A stretch of 54,786 bases of DNA from a virus (taxonomy: Duplodnaviria; Caudoviricetes): the IMG/VR virus record IMGVR_UViG_3300021960_000004, positions 1 through 54,786 of that record. One strand, 5' to 3'. Both the position numbers and the translations under genes were made by a program. This document shows positions 38,632-47,991 of the stretch, piece after piece. Each line of letters starts with the position of its first letter. The stretch's first letter is position 1. The notes under the pieces are model-generated. The model did no database searches. It was not told where the DNA came from and worked only from the letters and a program-made list of their open reading frames with translations.

Positions 38632-39564
38632 CTATCGTGCATTACCGCTAAGATCATATACGAATTTCCCTGTTCGCATGGCCTTAGCAATTTCTTGTTC
38701 ACGGGCTTCAAACTCAGTGGCAGACATGTTGGAAACGTCTGACTCTCTGATAGTAGCTCCGCCTTCTGTGGGGTCAACCTTAGTCCTTGAACCCTTACCA
38801 ATAGTTTTAGCTGCTGCTTTAGTGCTAGCTTTCTTAGCTTGAGGGGTATGGCCTGTATCAATCTTGTACAAGTCAATAACTCTTACGACTGAGTCTGGGT
38901 CATCCATGTTCTCGTATAAAGCGTCTCGTACCCACTTAGGCTGGTTGTCTGCCCAAGAGTGGAACTCGTCAGACTCTCTTAGCTTACTAAAGTCAGGGTG
39001 AACCTCACTGATTCGTGCCTCTGCTGTCTTACGTTCCGCTTCGTACTGGATCTCGTCTAGTTGAGACAGCCTATCCTCAGCCTTCTTAAACATCTCTTGA
39101 GCTTTTCGAGAAGCAATGGTTTCTACAATACCCGCTACGTCTGGGTACTCCTTAGCCCATCTCTCAATGTCTTCCTCTGATTTGGGAGGTGCGATAGTCT
39201 GTCGGTTATCCTTAGCACTCAGCTTGTCCTCCCACTCCTTTTCCTTCTGCTGCATATGTCTACGCAGGTCACCATAACGTTTCTTAAAAGACTTCTCCTC
39301 AGCACTTAAATTTGAGTCATCTTCTTGTGCTTCATCTTCAACGATGGTTTCTTCTTGTTGGGGACTACTCTCGGCTTGTACTTCGGTTGCCTCAAGTCCC
39401 TCGCCATCGGATTCCTCTTCGACGGTTTCACCTCTGGCCTCCGCTTCTAGTTTGGCAATAGCGTTTTCTTCTTCCTCGATACGCTTGCGTTTACGGTCAT
39501 AGTTTGACCCCCTGTCAACAAATCCTGCTGTTTTAGGGGATTGCATTGCTAGTAGTTCAGGCAT
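38632..39564 (-). CDS. Capsid scaffolding protein
   Basis: Acidic N-terminus, FKKRYGDLRRH coiled coil, HPDF, C-terminal I.KAMR.GKF.YD; directly upstream of capsid. Confidence 0.8.
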   Translation of the reverse strand: MPELLAMQSPKTAGFVDRGSNYDRKRKRIEEEENAIAKLEAEARGETVEEESDGEGLEATEVQAESSPQQEETIVEDEAQEDDSNLSAEEKSFKKRYGDLRRHMQQKEKEWEDKLSAKDNRQTIAPPKSEEDIERWAKEYPDVAGIVETIASRKAQEMFKKAEDRLSQLDEIQYEAERKTAEARISEVHPDFSKLRESDEFHSWADNQPKWVRDALYENMDDPDSVVRVIDLYKIDTGHTPQAKKASTKAAAKTIGKGSRTKVDPTEGGATIRESDVSNMSATEFEAREQEIAKAMRTGKFVYDLSGNAR

Positions 39565-39570
39565 ATTTTT

Positions 39571-39616
39571 TCCTTATGTTGGGGCCAGCCTTGCGCTGGG
39601 TAGCCTTATAGTTATA
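39571..39616 (-). promoter_or_regulatory. Scaffold leader: TATAAC -10 element followed by a hairpin with a CUACC/GCC internal loop next to the RBS
   Basis: Minus strand TATAAC-tataa-GG-CTACC-CAGC-gcaag-GCTG-GCC-CC-aacat-AAGGA; no good -35. Confidence 0.5.
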
Positions 39617-39632
39617 TGACGTATACTTAGAG

Positions 39633-39905
39633 TTAACGAGAACCCAAACCCATACGACTAGGTCTTACTTCCTCTTGAGGAATTTCTGGCTGTGCCTCAA
39701 CGACAGCACCCGCACTAACACCTGACAACTCAGGTCCAAGAACCTTACTTAATATTTCAGCAAAGGGTGAGTTAGGTAACTCTTGGAGAACCCTTTTGTC
39801 TTCGTCAGGCAGTCCTCGGACACGTTGAAGAACAGTCATCTTATAGATGTTCATGTAGTCTTCCATAGTGGCGATAGGTGGTTCAGTCTTTTCCATTATA
39901 GCCAA
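39633..39905 (-). CDS. Hypothetical protein
   Basis: 90 aa (start may be a few codons downstream), ends MGLGSR. Confidence 0.65.
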   Translation of the reverse strand: MAIMEKTEPPIATMEDYMNIYKMTVLQRVRGLPDEDKRVLQELPNSPFAEILSKVLGPELSGVSAGAVVEAQPEIPQEEVRPSRMGLGSR

Positions 39906-42900
39906 TCCTTCTCAAGTTTTTTAACCATGTTTTTATAAGTAGTGTAGGCTTTATCTAAAAGGTTCTTGTCTATAAACTCAACCGACTTATCAACTTGAGA
40001 TCCAATCCAGTCCCAGTCATCGTGGTCTTCTGGTATAGACGCAACAATCTTAGGAGCTATACGGTAGTACTCCTCTACGTCTGCTATGTTTGAGGCCATA
40101 AACGTGTCCCTGAAGTTTCTCAACTTGGTGAGTGTAGGCCCGTTGTCTTCCTCACCTCTACGTTCAACGATGGCTGTTGTAAGGAAGCAGACACTGCTGT
40201 TCCCGTCATTGCTTGGGTCATTATCATTATTTCTTGCCTCTGTTGCAGCCTTTGCAGCTTGGGTAGCCGCTTTACTTGCAGCAGATTGTGCTTGGACAGC
40301 TGCGTGCCATGCAGCGCCATCATCGCTAGGGCTTATTGAGTTAACTACTTGGGTTGCTTTAGCCCATTCATTCGTTGCAGCGGTTGAGGCACTCTCTGCA
40401 GCAGCTACACTTGAAGGTGTTGATGTTGTTCCACCGCCGCCAGTATTGCTTGGAGTAGCCGTTGGCGTTCTTTCCTTAGGTCTTATAGACGACTCAACAG
40501 CTCCAGTAGTCCTAACGATAGTTCCTGGAATAATTGTAGAACCATCATCCCTCTTAGTCTCAGAGGTGACTACAGTTGCACCCGTGTAACCTGGGCTGTT
40601 TTCAATGAGGTAATCATTTACATTCTTCTGACCAACTTCATTCAGGGTGTCGTTGAAGATAACAGCCTCGTCCGGGGCGTTAACACTTGTAGCAGCTTCA
40701 AGAGCGTTGTTAAAGCGTTCCTCACCTTTAGCAAAAACACTGTCAAGGGCAGATACTACTCCAGGAGCTTTCTCAAGGAAGGAGTCTATCTCCTTTTGTA
40801 TTGCTTCGGAGGCTTCAGTCATACCTAAGAAGTCTGCCATCTTGAGGTTTGCGTTTGCTTTAGACAAAGCAGACAGTTGACCGATAGCGTTTACCCCAGC
40901 GCCTGCCACACCTAGGAAGGGATTAATAGCTGTAAGAAATGAGCCTGCCCCTTTTGATACTTTAAACGCTTCATTGAGGGCGGTCTTGGCGGCTGTGAGG
41001 GGATCTTTCACACTAACACCACTGTCCTCAAACATCACACTTGCGCCCTCAGGTGTGTTGGAGTCTACTGTTGTTTTGACATTTACGTTATAGTTTTCAA
41101 TGGCGTTGTCATCGTCCACGTCTACGGATGTACCTGTCGTCACGGTATCAGTATCCGTATCAGTAGTATCGGTAGTGTCCTCTATATCGGTTATGGTACA
41201 ACCAAAGAGAGCACTATTCTCTGGAGTATCCTCTAAGTACTCATTAAAGTTAGCTGGTACCGAACTGATAGGGTTACCATTTAACGTGAGTACTGAGATA
41301 CGTACACAGTCTTTGTTGATATAAAACTTTGTTGCCATACCCCCAGTGCTTGTTGAGGTGTCCGTTGTTGGGGTAGAAGTACCCGTGGTCGGTGTACTTG
41401 GAGTGTCTACTACAGCACGAGTAGTTGGGGGCGTAGCTGCAGTGTAAGGGGTTCCTGAGGCAGTGGTAACACCGTAGATACCTTGGGGGTTTGTTGGGTT
41501 AAGGGGAAGTACAGAGTAGGCTGGTTGGTTTGGGGACTGTGTTACTGGTTGAATAGGATTACCAAAAGGGTCTTTTGCGACAGAACCACCTGCAGCCATA
41601 CCTACGGGTTTATTATAACTTGTTGGCTGAGAGGGGTCAATACCCAACTGAGGGTTATTCATAGGTTGCTGAGGGGAGAGGTAAGGAACCTGCTGACTAA
41701 CAGCTCCTCCTTGGTTCATAGCTACAGGTTCACCTTGAGCCATAACCTCTTGAAGTAAAGCCATCTCGTCTTCTGTTAAGTCGTCTTCATCTTCTGGTAC
41801 TGGCTCACCGCCGATACGTCCGTTAGCCTCCATCTCTGATAGTTCTACCTTAGCGTTAGCTCTAAGATCCTCAAAGAACTTCACACCGTAGTAACGAGTA
41901 ACATCAGCAGGAACTACGTACTCACCTTCAGAGAGCATAGCAGGGATGTCATCCCGTACTTCTTCTGGAGTAGAACCTGGAGGTACTTCATTTCCTGACA
42001 CTGGGTCTATAGCTTCAACCTCACCGCCTAGGGCGTAGCCTGTCCGTCTGGACCTAAAGGTGAGTTTCATCTGGTCATCCATAGCCATACCGCCTTCGTT
42101 AAATTTTGGAATAGACCCCATTCCCTCAGGTGCTGCCGCTGTAGCGTCTACCTCAATATAGTCATAGAGTGGGTGATCATTATAACCTTTTGGGTTCTTT
42201 TCTGTTTTCTTAGTTGGTATTCTAATAGTACCTACTTGCTCACCTACATTAGTATCACCAACAGTAGCGGGGCGTAAGTTGGGCTGTTGAACTTCTTCTG
42301 TAACCTTGCCTGTCTTTTTATTTGTTCTTTTTGTTTTTCTAGTAATCCTATCCATACGAACAGGACCAACAAATTGGGTATCAAGGGTGTAGTAGTGTTT
42401 CTTATCACCTGTTATATTATGAACGGCAACAATGGGGTGGTCTAAAGACCTTTCACCTACATCTGTAACCATTTTAAATTGCTCAGGTTGAAGTAAATTT
42501 GTACGAACCTCTACACCCGTCTTACCAGTCGAAGCCTTGTAGTTTGACTTCATCTCAGCTATAGTTAAAGAAGGGCCATCATAAAGGTTGGCACGGGCTA
42601 CAGACTTATTGTTCTGACCAAATGTTGTCTTCTTTTGCGAAGGACGTGCAGATACAAATAAGTTCTCAAAGGTTTCATTAGATACATCTTTAGGGGCACC
42701 TTTACCCATCATAATATAATTACCAAACTCAAGATCTAATTCAATATCAGCATCCTTAAGCATACCTGTGAACCTATCCCCTTTGTAACCTTTCTTAGAA
42801 GGATCAAAGAACTTACCAGGACCAGGCATCACGCTACCTGCTGTTTCAGCGGCCATAGCTCTTTCGAGACGAGGGTCAAGGTCTGAAGCTAAATCAGCGG

Positions 42901-43423
42901 AGGGACGTAAGATAGTTTCGCCAGTTTTCTTAGTTCCTCTTTTAGTAACTTTAACTGGGGTCATTACCTCTTCAAAGGTATCTTTCTTCCTGAAGGCACC
43001 CACGCCAAAGGATGACATGGAATTAGGGTCTAGTTCGTATTGTCTTGCTTTATTAGCTAGAGCTTTAATACCTTTAGCGCCGTACTTAGTTGCGACACCT
43101 CCCATTAGGAGTAAGCCGGTCTCTAGAGCTGCACTTTGACCAGCTTCTTTAAACTGAGATTTTATGTAGTCGTAGTCTCTTTCTTCTTCAGGCTTGAGGT
43201 ATTCCTCCACTACATTGGCAATGTTAACACCTGAGTCGTAGTAGGGAACAAGGTAAGAGGCAGCTGTCTCTAAAGAACTGGAGTCATCCTCAGTGAACTC
43301 TGCTGCATACTTATCTGCCTCTTGCTGGAGACCTTCAGCTGTGTAACCAAAAATAGATTGGCTGTCGTCAGTAGGAGGATTTGTATCCTCAAAATTAAAA
43401 GCTTGTTGTGTTTGATCAGCCAT
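39896..43423 (-). CDS. Large multidomain virion-associated protein with C-terminal CFI-box-like domain
   Basis: DPVSGN.VP.GS..EEVRDDIPAMLSEGEYVVPADV domain, four aromatic/Met-x-x-GG motifs, T/P-rich linkers, C-terminal CFLTTA...LRNFRD...YY. Confidence 0.8.
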   Translation of the reverse strand: MADQTQQAFNFEDTNPPTDDSQSIFGYTAEGLQQEADKYAAEFTEDDSSSLETAASYLVPYYDSGVNIANVVEEYLKPEEERDYDYIKSQFKEAGQSAALETGLLLMGGVATKYGAKGIKALANKARQYELDPNSMSSFGVGAFRKKDTFEEVMTPVKVTKRGTKKTGETILRPSADLASDLDPRLERAMAAETAGSVMPGPGKFFDPSKKGYKGDRFTGMLKDADIELDLEFGNYIMMGKGAPKDVSNETFENLFVSARPSQKKTTFGQNNKSVARANLYDGPSLTIAEMKSNYKASTGKTGVEVRTNLLQPEQFKMVTDVGERSLDHPIVAVHNITGDKKHYYTLDTQFVGPVRMDRITRKTKRTNKKTGKVTEEVQQPNLRPATVGDTNVGEQVGTIRIPTKKTEKNPKGYNDHPLYDYIEVDATAAAPEGMGSIPKFNEGGMAMDDQMKLTFRSRRTGYALGGEVEAIDPVSGNEVPPGSTPEEVRDDIPAMLSEGEYVVPADVTRYYGVKFFEDLRANAKVELSEMEANGRIGGEPVPEDEDDLTEDEMALLQEVMAQGEPVAMNQGGAVSQQVPYLSPQQPMNNPQLGIDPSQPTSYNKPVGMAAGGSVAKDPFGNPIQPVTQSPNQPAYSVLPLNPTNPQGIYGVTTASGTPYTAATPPTTRAVVDTPSTPTTGTSTPTTDTSTSTGGMATKFYINKDCVRISVLTLNGNPISSVPANFNEYLEDTPENSALFGCTITDIEDTTDTTDTDTDTVTTGTSVDVDDDNAIENYNVNVKTTVDSNTPEGASVMFEDSGVSVKDPLTAAKTALNEAFKVSKGAGSFLTAINPFLGVAGAGVNAIGQLSALSKANANLKMADFLGMTEASEAIQKEIDSFLEKAPGVVSALDSVFAKGEERFNNALEAATSVNAPDEAVIFNDTLNEVGQKNVNDYLIENSPGYTGATVVTSETKRDDGSTIIPGTIVRTTGAVESSIRPKERTPTATPSNTGGGGTTSTPSSVAAAESASTAATNEWAKATQVVNSISPSDDGAAWHAAVQAQSAASKAATQAAKAATEARNNDNDPSNDGNSSVCFLTTAIVERRGEEDNGPTLTKLRNFRDTFMASNIADVEEYYRIAPKIVASIPEDHDDWDWIGSQVDKSVEFIDKNLLDKAYTTYKNMVKKLEKDWL

Positions 43424-43607
43424 TAACCTTTTCCCTCAAGAATTTAAATTTGTTTAAACAAGCTGCCTGCCCCTGCAGACGGTACAAGTCCTCAATGCCT
43501 TGGGCTTGTTCCATCTGCTTATGAACCTCGTTCAAACGGGATTGTATCTCTTCTAGGAAGGATTCCCAGAGTGCCTTATCATTTACTAAAGGTTTTAGAT
43601 TGTGCAT
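43416..43607 (-). CDS. Small conserved protein downstream of portal
   Basis: LKPLVN...W..F...LYRLQG...L..LRE pattern; coupled to portal stop. Confidence 0.75.
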   Translation of the reverse strand: MHNLKPLVNDKALWESFLEEIQSRLNEVHKQMEQAQGIEDLYRLQGQAACLNKFKFLREKVNG

Positions 43608-45736
43608 TAAGCAGCACCTTGTTGGCCTGTGTTACCTGAGAAGCCCTGTTCTCCCGGCTGAGGGGCTGTTCCGGTTCCTATGTTGCCACCCCCTGCTCCA
43701 GAGGTATCCTGTACTCCAGGAGCCGCTCCTTGGCCCTGTGGGCCTCCCTGTGGTGGTTGCACACCCTGCTGGGGTTCAGGCGGTGGGTTCTGGGCTTGGA
43801 AGTCCTTCAGCAACTCAGCTTGAAGTCTAGCGTCTGCCATGGAGTTTACTACCTTGTCGGGGTCAAGATCCATAGACTTAGCAATTTCACGGATGATGTA
43901 GTCCATCTTAGAGAAGGGAGCTAAGGCAGGGTTCTGTGTAATCTGCAAGAACTGCATCAAACGTTGACTACGGACTTCGTTAGCCATCAGGCTTTCAGTA
44001 CCTTGAGCCTTAACCTCTAAGTCACCCTTGATCTCTTGGTCAAAGTCAAACTGCATATTAAAGTTGAAGAAAGCTTTACCTAGGGGAGATAAAAGGTAGT
44101 CGTCTACATTCTTAACCACATTACGAATAGAACCGTTAGCAGCAGACATAAGCATACTAATGCCGCTTGCAGTCCTACCAACACCACTAACGCCTGTTTG
44201 ACCATGAGCAAAAGACGGGAATCCTGTCGATTCATCTGCTAACACCCTCGCTTTATCAAATAGCTGCATGTTCTCATTAGAGACGTTGGGGAACTTGGTT
44301 CCAAAGAGGGCTTGCCCCGGCGCACCGCCTTGTCTTCTAAAGACTTTTCCAGGGTACACTGACATATCTTGACCTGGCACTAGGTTTGTCTCGTCAACTT
44401 CAATGATAAGATTGCCAGAAAGTGCAGCATTGTCAACAGCCATTCTCATGAAGCCATTCATAAGTGTCTGAGTGTCGTCCATGTTCTCTGCAATACCTAC
44501 ACCAAAGAAGGAGTAAGGGTTTACTTCATACGGAACTGCGTAGTAGGGAATGTAAGATGGGGTAAATGGATTAAGAACTAGACGTAGAACCTGCCCGTTA
44601 CAAATCCAGATGTTGACTGATACTTGGTCGAGGTCTTCTAGATCCTCAGGAATATCAACGTTCTGATCTTTAAGAAGGTCTGTATCGAGGTAACCCCAGA
44701 ACTCAAGAACCTCAAAGCGTTCGCTACGGGCCTCTTGGTCGTCGTCCTCCATAGCTTGCTCCCACCACTCTTTTGTGTAGGACTCACCCATGGATACTGC
44801 TGTATCAATAGCGTTCTCCCTAAAGAAAGGTCTTTTCTTAAGGGATCGTATCTGAGTGCGAGACATCTTGTGACGCTCAACGACATACTCTGCGTCATCC
44901 ATGTTTGCAGCATCTGGGTCTGGGTAGAAGTTCCAGATAGAAACAGAGGAGCACCTAGGCATGGTCTTAATAAGAGGGGAATACTCTCCTTCCTCAGTCC
45001 AGTTAGGATACTCTTTATCTACTGCAAACGGTCCTTTCATAATACCAGTACCAAACAAGGCGCACTCAAAGGCTGCTGTACGCAATTCCTTTCTGGCATT
45101 AGACTCTTCTAGCTGGTCGTGTATCTTCTTTTCCATCTTCTTAGCTGCTATCATAGCGGGATGGAAAGTAATCTGTGTGGGTGATCCCGCCTCACCTTCC
45201 TTTAGGTCAGCCTCCACTGGGGCTAGCTTATCCTTAAGGCCAGCGAGACGTTCCCTGAAGTCTACAAGTGTCTCCCCAGGTTCAAGGGTTGGAGTCTCAG
45301 CTAATGAATCCTGACGCTCATCCATTTGCTTAAGGCTGTCTTCAGTCTCAAGGTGTACAGCCTCAGTAACACCGTCAGGCAGAACCGTTGGGTCAATGCT
45401 GATAGGGAACTTATTTGCCCCAAACAGAACCTCTACGATCTGACCGTAAGCTGCCAGCACCTTTGTCTTCGTAACCTTAACAAACACTCTCGACTTCTCT
45501 GTAGAAGTGAACTGTACGTCTGGGCTGTAAAGACCTCTATAGTTTCTGTACGCTCTGATCCAGCGTTGCTCCTCAGCATTTCTAGCAGTCTCAGCCTTCT
45601 CAAAACGTTGCTGAACGTAGCCTACGATAGTTCCTACTGAGGGATCACTATAGGCTTCTTCGTCTGCGTCCTCAATAAAAGATACTTTAGCATCTTCCAT
45701 GTAGACTTCTTCAGCCAAGATGTCATCTTCTTCCAT
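43607..45736 (-). CDS. Portal protein
   Basis: 709 aa following terminase; W...YRNYRG, FGTGIMKG, FYPDP, G...TASG.SML; Q/P/G-rich tail. Confidence 0.88.
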   Translation of the reverse strand: MEEDDILAEEVYMEDAKVSFIEDADEEAYSDPSVGTIVGYVQQRFEKAETARNAEEQRWIRAYRNYRGLYSPDVQFTSTEKSRVFVKVTKTKVLAAYGQIVEVLFGANKFPISIDPTVLPDGVTEAVHLETEDSLKQMDERQDSLAETPTLEPGETLVDFRERLAGLKDKLAPVEADLKEGEAGSPTQITFHPAMIAAKKMEKKIHDQLEESNARKELRTAAFECALFGTGIMKGPFAVDKEYPNWTEEGEYSPLIKTMPRCSSVSIWNFYPDPDAANMDDAEYVVERHKMSRTQIRSLKKRPFFRENAIDTAVSMGESYTKEWWEQAMEDDDQEARSERFEVLEFWGYLDTDLLKDQNVDIPEDLEDLDQVSVNIWICNGQVLRLVLNPFTPSYIPYYAVPYEVNPYSFFGVGIAENMDDTQTLMNGFMRMAVDNAALSGNLIIEVDETNLVPGQDMSVYPGKVFRRQGGAPGQALFGTKFPNVSNENMQLFDKARVLADESTGFPSFAHGQTGVSGVGRTASGISMLMSAANGSIRNVVKNVDDYLLSPLGKAFFNFNMQFDFDQEIKGDLEVKAQGTESLMANEVRSQRLMQFLQITQNPALAPFSKMDYIIREIAKSMDLDPDKVVNSMADARLQAELLKDFQAQNPPPEPQQGVQPPQGGPQGQGAAPGVQDTSGAGGGNIGTGTAPQPGEQGFSGNTGQQGAA

Positions 45737-45745
45737 AATTATTCC

Positions 45746-47335
45746 TTAGTATCCAAACGTTGAGTCTGCTGCCTGAAAGCCTGTACGCTGAGTGCTAGCG
45801 TTGTAATCAAACAAGTTACTTCTAGGTCTTGTCATAATACCATAACGTAGGGCATCGTAGATGTGGTCTTCAGATTTAGTGTCCACGTCCTCAGGGTTTG
45901 TTTTGTCAAGAGGAAGGGATGGTAGTTGAGCAATTGTATTGTAGCAGGTATTAAAGAAAACTACTCTAGGTTCCTCTGTGAACTCGTCTACCTGAAGTCT
46001 TCTATGTAGTTCGTTCTTACCTGAGACCCTAGACCCCTTAGACCTGTCAGCTGGTCGCCATCTGCAACCTTTGACTATCATTTGTTCTGCTAGGCTGGGT
46101 CCAGTATCTCCCCTCTTGTGCCAAAGGGAACTGTCTAAAACACCATACCTTATATTCTCAGAAGACTCAAGGTCTAAAATTATGTCTGCTAAGTCTGTGG
46201 CTAGAACCTTAGATACGTAAAGCTCTCTGTAAACAATAAGCTGTTCGTCTGGAGATACAGCAAACCAAAGTACAGCACTGTAAGACCCGTATCCGTAGTC
46301 AGCCGCCCTAAACCTAGGCCAACTGTGGGGTATGTCGAAGGGTTCTACAACGTGAACTCTACGGTTAAACTCAGGAAAAGCAGCTCCCTCGTTGATGTCC
46401 CAATCCCCTTCCAACAGTTGACGCCGTTGATGCTCGGGCAAAGAGAGTAGGTTGGCTTCGTACATCCCGTCATCAGACAGGTAAGGGTTATCAAACAAAG
46501 TCGCAGGAATAAACTTCCTCTTGAATAGAGGATCTCCCTCCCTACTATGACCCTTGGGCCAACAGATTGTCTCACCTTCTTCGTCTGTAGCCCAAAATGC
46601 CTCGTTAGGTGTGTTAGGATCAATGAAGGTTTTCTTTACCCAATGGTGGCCGGGACCGCCGGGGTTACTTGTAGCCCTCATAAATAGAGGAAGGCCGCTA
46701 GCTTTTGTAGTCCTAAGCCGTGAGCGCATGTAATTCCAGGCATAGGGACTAGGCCATTGAGTTAGTTCGTCAAAACCAATCCAGTTGAAGGCCTGACCTT
46801 GGTACCTCATAACGTCATCGTCACGGTCAAGGTACGACATCCAGAGTGTGGCTCCGCTAGGAGCAACCCAAGTCTTGTCTCTCTCCATAAACTTAATACC
46901 TGGGATAGCCCGTGGGTATAGTTGTTTAGATACTGAGATAAGTTCTCTTAGTTCCTCTGTACTCCTACGTACAATAAGCATCCTAGAGTTAGGATTGTTG
47001 AAGTACCTGACTGGATCTGCGATTAGACTATAGCTCTTACCGCCACCAGCTGCACCACCGTAGAGAACCTCTTGCTCTGTGGCGGCTAGGAAGCTCGTTT
47101 GAGGCCCAGGGTTGGGTTCAAAGATAACTTCTCTTTGTACCTGCTCAACGTCATCGTCATTCTGAGTCAGAGTTGTATGGTCCTGTGCGAGGGTCTCCAA
47201 AGATTCTTTTGGTAGCTCTACCACCAAGTCTTTCTTTTTCGATCTTCTCCGCTTTCCTCGACGCTTCTTTATACTTTTTGGCATACTTCCTATAGCTTGA
47301 GGAAGCTCGTCTTCGCTTTTCTTCGATCCTGACAC
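45746..47335 (-). CDS. terL: Terminase large subunit (true start uncertain, somewhere in 47160-47335)
   Basis: PGPQ..FL, Walker A YGGAAGGGKS, Walker B IGFDEL, ATSNPGG coupling motif, RNase H-like DYG and DHIYDALRY. Confidence 0.93.
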   Translation of the reverse strand: MSGSKKSEDELPQAIGSMPKSIKKRRGKRRRSKKKDLVVELPKESLETLAQDHTTLTQNDDDVEQVQREVIFEPNPGPQTSFLAATEQEVLYGGAAGGGKSYSLIADPVRYFNNPNSRMLIVRRSTEELRELISVSKQLYPRAIPGIKFMERDKTWVAPSGATLWMSYLDRDDDVMRYQGQAFNWIGFDELTQWPSPYAWNYMRSRLRTTKASGLPLFMRATSNPGGPGHHWVKKTFIDPNTPNEAFWATDEEGETICWPKGHSREGDPLFKRKFIPATLFDNPYLSDDGMYEANLLSLPEHQRRQLLEGDWDINEGAAFPEFNRRVHVVEPFDIPHSWPRFRAADYGYGSYSAVLWFAVSPDEQLIVYRELYVSKVLATDLADIILDLESSENIRYGVLDSSLWHKRGDTGPSLAEQMIVKGCRWRPADRSKGSRVSGKNELHRRLQVDEFTEEPRVVFFNTCYNTIAQLPSLPLDKTNPEDVDTKSEDHIYDALRYGIMTRPRSNLFDYNASTQRTGFQAADSTFGY

Positions 47336-47639
47336 GTTTGTCTAACCCTACATGTGATATATACCTACCTGACTGTTGGGAGAGCCATCGAGCTACCTGC
47401 CGTAAGCTGTACTCTTGTAGGAATAGTTTTGCTTTTTCTAAAAGTTCTAATTCTTCTGGTATGGGTATTAGTAGATCAGGATCTTCTTCGTCCTGCTTGT
47501 ATCCGAAAGGTACGTGTCTTCCAACTCTTATGATGGGGTACCACTCACCATTTTCTCCTCGGAGGGGTACTTGCCATTCTACTTTAGTTGGGTACTTTGC
47601 CTCTGATGCCCTTGCAGTCTTAACCTTAGGCATCATCAT
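47157..47639 (-). CDS. Putative DNA-binding protein (VPFGY plus helix-turn-helix), packaging-associated
   Basis: VPFGY...SLRQVARWL...GRYISHVGL; basic C-terminus; lies between small-terminase-like gene and terL. Confidence 0.7.
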   Translation of the reverse strand: MMMPKVKTARASEAKYPTKVEWQVPLRGENGEWYPIIRVGRHVPFGYKQDEEDPDLLIPIPEELELLEKAKLFLQEYSLRQVARWLSQQSGRYISHVGLDKRVRIEEKRRRASSSYRKYAKKYKEASRKAEKIEKERLGGRATKRIFGDPRTGPYNSDSE

Positions 47640-47991
47640 CCTTTGATGGTAAGATAAAGAGAGGCTCCGAAGTCTTAACCTCTACCTTCTCTGTCTTAGT
47701 GAAACCCGCTCTGTCAAGAATATCTTTAGCGGCCATCATCTTTTCTTTAACACCTAGGTCTGTTGGGTCTGCCATAACGCTGAACATAGTATAAGCAGCC
47801 TTGGTGGAAGACTGTGAGATAAACTTCTTTGTTCTGTCTACAATTTCATCTTCGATAGACGCTACAATTTGAGCAGTAGCCACACCTTCGGCGTATCCTG
47901 CAAGCTTCTTAGCTTTAACAGGATCGCCTTTGGCTTCGTCAAACAGAACGTCTAAGAACTTCTGCTGTTTTTCAGTTAGTGTTCTGCCCAT
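47626..47991 (-). CDS. Terminase small subunit-like protein
   Basis: LTEKQQKFL...A.KLAGY N-terminal HTH, AKDILDRAG; upstream of terL. Confidence 0.65.
   Translation of the reverse strand: MGRTLTEKQQKFLDVLFDEAKGDPVKAKKLAGYAEGVATAQIVASIEDEIVDRTKKFISQSSTKAAYTMFSVMADPTDLGVKEKMMAAKDILDRAGFTKTEKVEVKTSEPLFILPSKDDDA

Noticed and set aside
47270-47290. Programmed -1 frameshift at C-AAA-AAG fusing the HTH gene to terL
   Set aside because: terL is in the +1 frame relative to the upstream gene, so a -1 slip would not join them
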